A stretch of 64,000 bases of DNA, from contig CM120648.1 of NCBI GenBank assembly GCA_051362555.1, positions 15,124,587 to 15,188,586 on the forward strand. Reading direction: 5' to 3'. Below the pieces are notes generated by a model. The model worked only from the letters and a program-made list of their open reading frames with translations. It was not told where the DNA came from and did no database searches. The first letter of the stretch is position 1. Every line of letters starts with the position of its first letter. Of the stretch, positions 1 to 13,300 are shown piece after piece. Made by a program: the position numbers and the translations under genes. This DNA comes from Lingula anatina. Taxonomy: Eukaryota > Animalia > Brachiopoda.

Positions 1-108
1 TAAAATCAAATTATTATTCAAAATCACACAAACAGTGAACCTAATAACATGGATATTTTTGTTCCCGTGGATGTGTTTGGGTTTCAGATTGTTTATCCAG
101 TCGGGATA

Positions 109-286
109 TTCATCCAAGCGGGACAAAAGGTTGTTTCCATGGTGCTTGACATATGTAACCGGGAAACTGATCACAAGGTCTGTCTACATAACTGATATTA
201 CGTACATATACAGTTATAACTTCCTTCCACGTTCACACAGTCAGCATATCGTCCACATAAGTCCTTGTCTAAGCACTCCGCAATTT
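109..286 (-). pseudogene. Remnant of paralog A 3' exons: short EGF exon (206-286) joined by a deletion to the tail of the lectin exon (about 109-194)
   Basis: 195-286 matches B 29050-29141 and <=194 matches B <=28299 ([27 protein letters not shown]). The intervening 750 bp of B is absent. Confidence 0.85.
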
Positions 287-487
287 CTGAAATTAATCGA
301 TTTCAAGTTTATTCTTTGGACATAACATGAAGTGTCCAAAATTTTAAACAGTGTAATGTCTATGTTGTATTTGTCTTTTCTGTATCATGTTATATCTAAA
401 AGTGCTGTACGTATTAAATTGTATTTCGGAAAACTATCACGACAATGTAATAGCAATTTATGTTGATGGTAGAGTTGGTGACTCATT

Positions 488-3400
488 TTAGTAACACTTC
501 ATTTGTGCGAGATGTTGAGTTAATGGTGATTCATCTGCAATTACATGCTGCGTTAAAAAAGATGTACTATCGATTGTGAAATATATTTGCAGCGTTGTTA
601 TATAAGGTAAGTTGGACAGAGTTAGTTCGCAATCACCCAAGGTCGCTTAGGGATCTACCTACACATAATCCATTATCATCGTTTTCGTAGCCCCGAGGGC
701 ATATACATTTCCATTTGCTTCCTGAGCAGATGCAGGGAAGTCCACCACATTGGGAACACGGCATGGCCGGTTCTGAAAGGTTGTAAAAGAATTTAAGTTT
801 CGCGAAAGAAAGGGACAAACCCGGTTTGTTACATAAAAACGTTGAACATGGTATAACATAAACATCAATTCTGATATTTTAAACAATTTTTTTTCATTGA
901 CAAAATTTGTACCTGACATTTTCGTCCAATCGGTGTTATTTATCCTCACATCACATGCACGGCATGCTTCGTTCACAGGGTCCGTCTCTCCGTCTTCATA
1001 ACAATAGCCGTTAATCAGGCAGGCGTCAGACTGAAATAAAGGGATCCAATGGTTCAATGTTAGGTAAACAGTTGCATTTGCACATAAAAATGTAGTAATA
1101 TTTTTCTGGAATTGTGTTAGGTCATAGAGCGTTATCTCGTCAGCGTACTGAACCAAATTAACCTTGCGTAGTATACATACCGCAACCAACATCTAATGAG
1201 TCATGAAATCTAAAGTGAAACATTTAAAGATATATTTTGTTTCTTTATGATGATATCACCGTCTTTACTATGGAAGAATAAGAATCATGTATACCATTAT
1301 TTTAAAATACCTTAATGACGCAAGAATGATTCTGACAGTTCACGCAATGAGAATCAAAAATAGTCACTCTGGTGGAGTTTACAGAGAAGTTATGTCCATC
1401 ATTGCTAATTTGAAGATCAAAACTTTGAACTGGCGTTCCCACAGCTGTTGTTTCGACCAGCGGTGTATCAATGGGTTGTTTTGGTAACGGACAGATCATC
1501 TCTGCATATGAAAGTAATTTTGCGAATGTTGTGTACGTGTCCGCCACATCGATACGTCGTCCCGCCGTAAGGTTCACCTGTGAATTATCAGTTTAAATTA
1601 GTTTTATATAACTTGAGGAATAGATCTGATTAAGGAAACACCTCTAAGTTACGAGGTCTTAATTGCAGATAACAAAGTGTGAGTCTTTATTTTATCCATA
1701 TCTACGAAACACTGCCTCCGGTGAATAATTATTTTCATACCGAATTTGAACTAAGATATATCCTTTTACGAAGGGCTATCCCTACCTTATGCATTATAAA
1801 TCTACAGGAGACGTTGGTGCCGTCAGCAATGTTAGATGCGCGCAAAGTCATTGCTTCACATCTCCGAGTACGAATGTCACATACGCCGGCCCCATCAATA
1901 TCCACCACTTCCGGTGCTCGATTTGCGTCGACAGAGCAATCTACGGCGGTAAATCCAGGATAGCATCTACATTCACCATCTTCACATGTTCCTTTACCGC
2001 TGCATTTGTTTGGACAGACGAGTTTACTTATCTTTTCAATGTCCTCCATTCTAAAGTTTATTGGAGCAGAAGTGCCAGGTGGGTTCGTTGAATTTGCCGT
2101 TCCATTGGGCGCTCTGGCAACTGGCGGTGGAAGTTTGGTTCTACGCGCTTCAATAAGACACCCTACTTCCATGTTCTCGACTGCCAGACTGCTAGACACA
2201 GATTTGTCGTCGGTCAACTGAAAAGAAGTATTTTTAAAATGTCACCAAATTAAACAAAGTGATTTCCCCAAAGCGGTGTTACTTGTAATGACTAGCAGCA
2301 AATACACTCACGTCACATGTTATTGGGGTGCTTCATAGCCTGAAAGGGCCCTGATGGTATATTGCAGTTTACTTTGGTTACCAATTATGTTACTTTACTT
2401 TTTAAGTGAAACCTATTCAACCTTAACAAACGGTAGTCGGCAAATGACAATCTGAATTCACAATATAAGACATGTTTAAATCATGATCCTTACCTGAATG
2501 CCCCCCACGCACTGTTTAATGCTTTCACTGAAGTCAAAGTCTGGAACATTTGTGCATAAGTTGTACACTGGGGACTTCTTGATCTCTCCGATACAAAACT
2601 CTGTGGCCGTTGCCTCCGTTTCCCCACTCTTAGTTGGCCATTTCGGTTTTACTGCTGGTGCAACGTTACGTTCGTTATAGTCAAAGTGGTAGGAATAGCG
2701 CGAGATGTCCTGTATGATTTCATCTGTGGTATCTATTCCACTTCGAACGCCTCTTCTGCGCCTTTTCTTTGTTTGAAGGGATGGGATGGAATTTGTTATA
2801 TCGGTGGCTTTTGATGCTTCGCTTTCTTTTTTAACATCTTCGTTGTACTTGCAAACTATTTTCTTATTCTCACAGGAACAGTACTTTTTGTTGTCCAATG
2901 ATTTGCGCTCAGTGAATTCTTCCGGGTCAATATTCGAATCAAAATACGTACGTCTGTTCAACCCAGGAACTCTTAAAATAATAAAAGAATTGTCAGAAAG
3001 AGGGATCGTTTCTACCTTTACGTGACCCTAAAGCGATGTACAAGAGTTATTTACGAAATGGTCTGACTTCTTGGAATTACTGTGAAGATGAAATGCAGTG
3101 TATAAATACTAGTTTAATAATAAAGTGACATTTGAATCCGTATACTAGTTTAATAATAAAGTGACATTTGAATCCGTATACTAGTTTAATAAAAGAGTGA
3201 CATTTGCAATCAGATTGGGACCACAGCATCTACAAAAGAATAAACCATAACTTTGTGTAATTGTCAAAATAAGAACAAATATACGACCAGACATTTGAAG
3301 GAGGTGCAGTTTGAAAGCTAATTTCAAGGATTAATTTGATTTATGCCTTGGCATGACGACTTTGTTTTAGTCGTATAACAGGCCTACCCAACTACCAGAC

Positions 3401-6400
3401 GCGGCACCTATGGATCCTGAATAAACTGGTATATCAGACCACATTACCCGTTTTCAAGGTGTGTGTCAGATCGCATTACGGAGTATCAGCCACTTCACCC
3501 ATTTTGCCTGGCGCGCGATGTGATAGTGATGATCCTAAGCGATACCCGGATGACAGGTAGGCCTACAAAATTTGTGATGAGGTATGATACTCCATAATGC
3601 GATCTGACACACACCTTGAAAACGGGTAATGTGGTCTGATATACCGGTTTATTCAGGATCCGTAGGTGCAGCGTCTGGTAGGCCTGTATAATAAACCAGT
3701 AGAAGTGGCTTATAATGCGTTACTGTAAATCCAGGCTCGCTTTTCTTTTGTAACTTTAAAATCCTTACTTCAGTTTACTGGGAACATTCGTCTCTCGGAT
3801 ACCATCAAAGTCTCCGCATATTCCTTCCATTCTTTTGCCTCTAAAGAACGGAGGAGCACTGACTTTAACATTCAGCCCGTAACGCGAATCATCAGACACT
3901 CTTACCCAGGCACCAGATGGTAAATTTATCTGAAATCGTTACAAATGTTTTAGTAAGGTTCATATCTGTAATAAAAAGCACTGTTTATCGTATGTGCAGA
4001 ATAACTTATTTGGAAGTTCACAAAACTGTCTTCGATCTTAACCAGTTTTAACAATTAGGCTACGAAGAGTACACACTGCAAATAATGTTTTTGATATTTG
4101 CACATTTAATGTTGGTTGATGAAAACTGCATGTGGTTTTCACTGTAGAATTACATATATCAGTCATTTTTGTTTTTTTATAAGAAGTACAATTAACATTG
4201 ATGTTTATATAACATGAAATAAGAAAAACATTAAATTCAGACGAACATTTATTTACAAAGTATGAGGGCGAATCATTTTAATCACGAGATATTTACAAAT
4301 ATTTATATAAGATCAAGTAAGAAAATTATTTAATTCATGCAGACATACATTTATCTACAAATCATGAGAGCAAAACTTTTTAATTGCAAGATATTTACAA
4401 GTAGGAAATGTTAATTTCTATTACCCTCCAGGCCTTGCCTCCCTGTTCCTTAAACATGTACGCCCCGCTGGCTCTTCCATCCCCTTGCTTACTCAAAGAC
4501 CGATGCCAGATAAGAGGAGACACGTCGTAATTGTCATGGCGGTGAACCCACCAGTTACTGTGGCATATGTCAACAATGAAGATGTCATTGTTTTCGCGAG
4601 CAGCAACACCGCAGTTACAGGCAATTGCTCTTGATTTTGTTGCACTGCAGTTCCAATGTCTTACTCGAACCTAAATATTACAATAAATGAGGTGAATATA
4701 ACGTCATCATCAACTTGTGGATTATAAACTTTAATCTTTTTCATAATCATAGTGAGCATTGCAAGCGGAGATAGGCTTTTATCACTTTTATATACTATAT
4801 ACCAATTAAAAACCTATATGCAACTGTATAAAAAATAAGAACGCTTTGTGCGCACGTCATTAGACTATGGACCGGTCATTATTAACTCAGAGGGGGCTGG
4901 GGCGGAAGAGAATATGCCTGTGATACATGAGCAAAAAAGTTTGAGACCACTTCCGATAGCACTCACTATTTTGGGACCACTTTTGAATTCATTAAAAAAT
5001 TTAGGACCTTCATCAAAATAAAATTACTAATTCATTACTCGAAGTAAAGTGCTATGTGCTTTTACATTTTATTTATTTGTTCCTAAGGGTTTTTCAAGAA
5101 AAAGGTTTATCATTTGAAACCCAAGTACTGCCTCTTTTATCATTTTGCGTTAGTGTAACGAAACTGAGGGTCCATAACAGAAAGTCCGCCCTCCATTTAG
5201 TTATAATGGTTAGGGTTAGCCTGACCTAAGTGGGTCAAAATATAGGGCGAGGCTGAACTACAGGGTTGCTACTTAATATGGAATATTTTATTATCATTGT
5301 TATTTTTGAGTGCTGATTAATTTTTTTTTGGCTTTAGTCATTAAAAAAGTATGTCACTGAGTGATAATAACATCCAGTCTTCTGTTGTGAGATATTTTGG
5401 TCAATAATATCAAATCTGACATAAGATGCTATTCAAAAGAAAGGAACACCCCCAGAAAACCAAATCAACAGTTGGATATCGGTATAAACTTTAAGATAAG
5501 ATATTAAAGAAAATGATAGCCTCCGGACAGTGATATGTTACACAAAGACCTCACTACAGTAAATCATGAAAAGTCAGTTATTGCAGGCATGACCTCCAGC
5601 TGCCGCTTGCAGCGCCCTCATCCTACATGGCATACCCTGTGACACGTTTTTTAGAGTGTGGGTGGGGATATCATTCCACGCAGTGATATTTGCCTGTCGC
5701 AGTTCATCACTATTTACCGGCCGAGGACCAAAGCTATTAATTCTGTGAGTTACATCCGCCCACAAATTTTCAATCGGGTTCATATCTGGGGAGTTTGCAG
5801 GCCAGGGCAGTTGCTGAACCCATTGGTCTGGAAGAAAAACAGTGATTCTGCGGCCTCGATGTGGGGTTGCGCAGTCGTCTTGGTACAAAAAGTTGTTCCT
5901 GAAGATAACTCTTACCAAGCGAAGCATTGTTTGCTGTAGAATGTCTCTGTAGGAATACTGGATGAGGTTGCCTCCTAGAAAAACCAACTGGTTCTGGGCA
6001 CCGATATGAAATGCTCCCCAAACAGAGACGTTACCATCCCCTGCTTGTAACTTAGGCCGCACACAATCATCGTTTTGTGCCCCTCGTACACGTCAGTGGT
6101 CACGGATTCGACGATCAACCCTAAAAAATCCATATCTGGCCTCATCACTGAAAACGACACTAGGCAAAGACGGATCGCCGAACAGAAATTTATAAGAACA
6201 CTAGACACCTTGAATAATTGGTTCAATAGGGACAATAGTTCTTTAAATGAGTATTGATTTTTTTCTTTGTTACGTAATTTTGACGTTGTTTACGTATAGC
6301 ACGCTTTTGAGCCATCGCATGTCTTCAACACATCACCGACGTCACGTACCCTAGGAGTTTGTTTTTTTACTTTTTGTTCATAATCCCCGAAGAAGGCCCA

Positions 6401-7334
6401 GGGGCCGAAAGCTCGGATTGCATTTAACAACTATAAGTAGATCTTTCTAGGTACATCAATATATATACTTCTATTATTACCAAGATCTATGCGGTGAATC
6501 AACATGAATACTTTGGAGGACTTCACAAACGGTTCATGATAAATGTTGAATTACCTGGCAATGGCTGTCCGTTTCGGGCCATTTTCTATGAGAGCAAGAA
6601 TCCCATAGTAAGCTGCGCTGCTTAGCAGTCGAACCATATCTTCAATAAGGTACCTGTCAAGTTTCAGAGCGATCCCTTTGTTGCTTCTCTAATCACACTC
6701 TAAAGATTGACCAAACCCATGCGTTTTTATACAAGGGCAGAAATTGCCGAAAATACCACCCCTCACATTTCTGACCACAGGAAATGCAACTGCATGCATT
6801 AATTGTTTCGAGAGTTGTGTGGTAATTAGGTAATACACCTGGCTACACATGGAGTGACACCTCGCTTTGGATTTAAAGTAGTTAGAGAGAAATTAAATGT
6901 TTTGTAGAAAATTTACTCGCCAAAAAATAATATTCCATATTAAGTGGTAACCCTGTATGTGGGAAGAGAACTCTCTTTCATGGTGGACTGTCTGGCAAGT
7001 TACACCTGCTTTTGAAGTTGACGGAATTGTTCGTGACTAATACAGAAATATTTGCAGGCAAATACCTGATAAAGCTGGCAATCTGAGGTAAGAGTAAAAC
7101 AAATAGAAAAAAACAGGAAACTTTAAGTTAGAGAAAAACAGATGGAAGAAGAGTTTATGGCTGGTAAGAAGCTGGACTTACACATAACCACAAAGCCAAC
7201 TGATGCCATAACAAATACAACAAATACTGTATGTACAGAGAAGCATAATACACAAAACTGGGAAACGATTTCATCCAGAGCCTCCTAAAGACCTATTCCA
7301 AAATTGTATGTATTCTTCCTAATGTTACAAAGGC

Positions 7335-7369
<35 letters not shown>

Positions 7370-10300
7370 TTAATATTTATTTTGAGTCTAAAATCCAAAT
7401 GGATTCAGTAGACTTAACAATACAAATAAAAAATACACACACTGGGCAAAAGAAGTGTCACCCCCTAACTCAGAGTAATATAAGTAGGCAGATCTTGGGT
7501 AGTTATAATGCCTGGTCTACTTATAATGTGACTAATGAGTATAAAACCGCTATACCATGGAGTTGTATTGTTGGTCTTGTACATGTACAGCAAATGTTAT
7601 TCCTGTCTTCCTCCAATATGGCAAGATACAGGCAATTATCTAACGGTTATAGGTACAAGTTATTAACCTGAAGAGGCGGAATATAAGCAATGTCAGAATA
7701 TCGACACAATTGAATTGTTTAGTCAGAACCGTGCAGAGGGTCTGGTCTCGGTATAGAAACACTGGATCAAGAGACAAATTGCCTCTGATGGGTCGTCCAA
7801 GAAAAACTACTGGCCGTGAAGACCGACGACTGATTTTGATGTCCAGGTTGTCAAAGTTCGACACTGCTTGTCAGTTGACAACACAAGAATGTGTCTGTGA
7901 AAATTGCTAGGCGTCGGTTACATGCTCATAGAGTGTACAGCAGGGTAGCAAGACTGAAACCTCTTATATCGTTACGAAACAGGCAACGTAGAGTGAACTG
8001 GGGTGAACAGGACCTGGAACTGGACAGTCCATGACAATTGGTCCTATATATCTTTTTTCTGATGAGTGTCGCTTTGGTCTGACCTCTGATGACAGACGGG
8101 TACGATGCTGGCATACTGCTGGAAAAGCATTTGAACCACATGCACTGAATTTTCGAACCCGGAGCAGCACATTCATCATGGTTTGGGCTGCATCAGCATT
8201 CATGGCGTGGGCGAATTGATAGTGGTTGATGGAAACATGAATCACTAGAAATATATCTATGTTTTGGAGTCAGGCTTGCTACCATCTATTACTAACATGT
8301 TTGGTGACAGGAATTATCCATTTGTTCACCAGGATGACAATGCTCCTTGTCACAGGCCCAGAGCAGTTGAAGATTGGTTTGACCAACAGGACATTCGCAG
8401 GGTGATGTGGCCTGCCCAGAGTCCGGATACAAACATAATAGAAAATGTGTGGAATAATATGTCAAAACTTTTGACAAATACCCGTCTAACCAGCAGAGAA
8501 ACTATGTTATATTCAGTGTTTCATGCTTGGGCCAGCATAAGCCCTGAACGCATCAATCAATTATATGACTCCTTGCCTCGTAGACTGGCACCTATTATTA
8601 GGTCACGTGGCTATGCCACTAAGTACTAATTTTGGACTTGAAACTGCATATTTTGGTAGAATGTATATTTTGTTCTCATTTTGTGATTTTTTTGTGAAAT
8701 TTGATGTTAATAAAATGATACCAGGAGCATATCATTCCACAGTCATTTATCTCCCCCATAGTATTGGTTCAGTAGGGTTGACACTTCTATTGTCCAGTGT
8801 GTGTAATAATAAAAAGGCCAGTAAAATTAATTAAAACGGAAAAGTTGAGTAAAGCAAATTATGTAGAAAGTAAAATGTTACTTAATCACTGACTGAAACA
8901 TGCTTTTATGTAGCCAGTGAAGTTGTTAGAGAATAGGGGTAATGTGATTACTCACAGTGAATAGGGATGGGTGCATTGAACAGAAAGAATCTTACCTCAA
9001 ACAGCAGACTATCCGTTTTCAGACTGGTCAAGACAAACTCTCCCACATCCATAATGTCATAAGTGCTATATATATGTGTAAGAAAAGTAAGAAAATTGAA
9101 CAGCACATATATATGCGTTGTATCTACACCCCATGTTAAGCATGTGATCTTTTTAAATTCCATATAATAAATATAAAATATTCAGACCTTAAACTTACAG
9201 ACACACATCATTCATAATAATAATAATAATAATAATAATAATATACTTTACTTCATAATTTGAAATTATATTTTTGCTTATATTTTAAACGATTGATATT
9301 GGTTTTTGTTTAAACTAAAGATATATTAATAGATAAGTACAAATAGAAAAAAACTAATGCACTTTACTTGAAGCCGACATTAACAAACTTTAGAAACTAG
9401 TGTTATTCTGCCTGTATAATATCTACTTACAACCCATCGAATGTGTAAATGTGAGGGTCATTGTTTGACGAGCACTGCCCTATAAATCCTTCCTTTACGC
9501 GAATCTGTAGAACCAAATAGAATGTTTAGCTTGAATATTAAACGAACGCCCACAACGTCGAAATTATATTTAAACAAAGTGAAAAAAATCCACCAATTAT
9601 TGGTCTCTGTAGAGAGATACGAAGGACATAATCTGTACATGTAAAAGGTGCATGACGATCTCATTTAGTCTTGTACGTAGCAAGCACAAATGAAGGAAAA
9701 ATTAGTAAACGAAGCGAATAGGTGTATACATCACATTAATTACCATCATGTGAAACAGGTGTTTTAAACTTCATGTTATCATGAACAAAATGACTTAACA
9801 CCTACCGGGATTTCGGGTATCTTGTAGCCGTCCCAGATGCTTTTCCTTCCGAGTATAAAAGGAGGATCTTTATAAAACAGCCTACGAAATGATAAGTATC
9901 GAACTGGCCAATTCCCTCTCCAATTATTTCCAGTAAACACGGTACTTATTTCAAAACTCTTAGATTTTATTGGTAATTGCACTGCTGTTTCATTCAGCAA
10001 GAACGTGACAGAACAATCGCTTATTCCTATACTGTCATCATTTATTTCATATATAAACTGAACTTGGCGAAAACCGATGTGACTAGATTTTGTTATCGGG
10101 AGGGTTGACAGCAGCTGTAGTTTCAATGGCCGTTGGTTTCCTCTGTATAAGAGAATGGTGCTGACTTCCTTCTGGCTTTCATATTCCACGACCTGTAAAT
10201 GTTAAGAAATCAGTTTACTTTAGAAAACATATTTCACAGCACTACTGCTGACCTAGCCACAACAATTGAATAAATGCATTCATGTAGAGTACCACATATA

Positions 10301-13300
10301 GCAAGAAGTCAACATGCAATTCCAACCAACCTTTCAAATTTAAATGATTAAGGTATTTGAACCAATAGTCTGGATGACTGGTGCTATATTTTGGCCAAAT
10401 TGCTCAAAATGTGGAAAAAGCATGAAACTTGGCACAAATGTTCTTTGGTCTATGCTGATCATTTTCAAGGGCAGTGCCCAAAATTTCAAAGCGTTGCTTA
10501 GCAACCGTTGCTATGGAAGTGAATTTCCTTAGTAACAAGCTAATTAGACCTTTCTTGTCCAGTTTAAATGGTTTAGAAATGCTAATAACTATGTTTCAGG
10601 GCATCACAACTATCACTAGACTATTTAAAGGCAATTAAAACCCAAATTAACCTTAGCCACGATTGCTAGGCAGCATATTACCCTAGCAACAAGCATTTAA
10701 AGTTGCGTTAGTCTATTAAGTAAGGCAAATCTATAATACTAGCTAAGAACTACACTTTTGAGCAAGATGTTCATACTTTTAATCCAGTAAGTTGAAACAA
10801 TTGTGTGTTTACACACATCCGATCAAATACATTGCCAGTGCAGATACTTAAGGCAGCATGTTCGAAGTTAGTAACCAGCAATTTCCATGCTTTTATCACC
10901 TTACGACTCTTTATAAAACTTTGCAATAGTTAAGGCGTTAGATTCTCCCTTGTATGTGCAATATAAAGTGCATTTTGCCCTTGCAATTGTCAGCCTCTAC
11001 ATCTGCACCTACATGCATACTGGAGCAACTCTGGGCAGGTCAACAGCTTCTGGCAAATGTGTCCACAAGGGTCCACTGTTCCGCACAAGTCCAACCAGAG
11101 TGAGCACATGGTATCTGATGACATGGCATTGTAGTGCTGATTCAGATATGTTCATCTCGCAAGAATACTCTTATATTGTTGTAGAGCAGCCTTGGTGGAA
11201 GTAAGATATGGCATCTAACGGCCTTTGGGTGTGAACAGAAACTTTTGAACTTCATTGATTAACAAAAAGAATTAAAATAGAACCATGCAGGTGTATTTGA
11301 GTTACTTGGTAGAGAATAGAAACTGACAAAGTACAATTTGAAAAAACTTTTTAGAAAATATTGAACAAAATGAAAAATATCTTGGAAAGCTGGTCTCTGA
11401 GAAACCTTTCAATAATAGGAAAGTCAACCGTGGTTCAACCTTTAGTATTTCTCATCTTACGTAGTGCATGTATAAACTCTCCTACCAGCCCCCCTCCCTC
11501 AATACTTAAAAATATGCATATCATATTTAACTTTATCAGGAATGGAAAAAGATACAAAATAAAATGAGCAAGGATGGCGTCTGATTACAAAAATGGACGG
11601 TAAAAGGTACCGCAAATGAAAATTTTACTAAGGCCCTAAACTTTACATGGCTTAAAAGACTTCTTTATGAAGAAAATAAGAGTAAGTGGAGAGCGTTTTT
11701 CTCGGCGAAATGCTAAGAATCGGTAGTAACAAAACGTGGGTTAAAAATACTAAAAGCAACTTCTTATCCCTTTTGGCAAAGATTATTGGTTCTTTGAGTG
11801 AAATTCAGGAAGATTTCAATTTAACCCCAGATGAAATCCTATCACAACCATTATGTCAAAACTCAAAAATTGAAAGAAATTGAAAAACTATTTTCCATAA
11901 AAGATGGTGTAAAAATGTTTCTTTTTTTACATCAATGATATTATAAATGACATTTGAAACCCCCTCTGTCTAGAGGAAATCAACAAAAAATCAACCTTAA
12001 TACTAACTTTCTGGGCTAATTCAGCATCCTAAAGAGCTTACCATCTGAATGGCTATCTCTTCCCATGGAAGGAAATTACTCATAGCATTCCAAGAAATAA
12101 TTGACTCAATTAAACAAGTTACCAAACCATCCAGATATTTTTTCGCAAAAACTATTCCAAAGTCATATAATATCACCACATAAAGGTGTAGGTGAATGGC
12201 AGACATATTAAAAAAAAAACTTGAGTACTGATAATTGGGAACTAACATTTAAGAAACGGATCACAAGAAAATGAAGTTGCTCCAATTCAGAATAAATCAT
12301 AGAATATTCAATACTTATGCTTATCTTATGAATTTGAGAATTTTGCAATACTGCTAGGGAATATTTCTGTACGTTTTTTGGGATTGTCCACATGTAAAAA
12401 AATGTTTGGATGTGCATCATTTGCCCCGCTAAAGATAATTTAGGTGTGGTCATTGATAGATCTCCGGAGATATTTGTATTTGGGTTTGTGCAAGCATACA
12501 CTATTTATGTACCTATCTTAATAATTAAGAAACATGTTAGTATATGTAGAATGTGAACAGAAAGATGGGAAGGGACTGGAGGGTATGTAAAATGCTACAG
12601 AGATATCTGCATATATATTATTAAATATATATTATTAAATATATAATGTTAAATACTTGTTGCTAGGGTAATATGCTGCCTAGCAACTGTTGCAATGGTT
12701 TACTTGGGTTTTTCATGTCTTAAAATAGTATAGTGATAGTTCTGATGGTTTGAAACATTATTAAAAGCCTTTTTAAATCATTTAAACTGAACAAGAAAGG
12801 TCCAATTAGTTTGTTACTAAGGTAAATCACTTCCTTAGCAACAGTTGCTAGGCAACGCTTTGAAATTTTGGGCACTGCCCTTGAAAATGATCAGCATAGT
12901 CCAAAGAACATTTGTGCCAAGTTTCATGCTTTTTCCACATTTTGAGCAATTTTTGCACCAGTCATCTAGACTAGTCTGGATGACTGGTGCTATATTTTGG
13001 CCAAATTGCTCAAAATGTGGAAAAAGCATGAAACTTGGCACAAATGTTCTTTGGTCTATGCTGATCATTTTCAAGGGCAGTGCCCAAAATTTCAAAGCGT
13101 TGCTTAGCAACCGTTGCTATGGAAGTGAATTTCCTTAGTAACAAGCTAATTAGACCTTTCTTGTCCAGTTTAAATGGTTTAGAAATGCTAATAACTATGT
13201 TTCAGGGCATCACAACTATCACTAGACTATTTAAAGGCAATTAAAACCCAAATTAACCTTAGCCACGATTGCTAGGCAGCATATTACCCTAGCAACAAGC

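Larger units (their letters stand above)
5261..6955 (-). mobile_element. Decayed Tc1/mariner transposon, family 1
   Basis: TA-flanked TIRs CAGGGTT..TACTTAATATGGAAT; transposase remnants VSVWGAF, YQDD.ATPH, WPANSPDMNPIENLW. Confidence 0.92.

Noticed and set aside
1789-2221. Plus-strand ORFs overlapping exon 12 (also 31414-31878)
   Set aside because: Antisense shadows of the conserved minus-strand exon.
5205-5222. GGTTAGGGTTAG as a telomeric repeat
   Set aside because: Only two units; such tracts are common inside repeat fragments.
7618-8629. Functional Tc1 transposase
   Set aside because: Split over several frames by stops and frameshifts.
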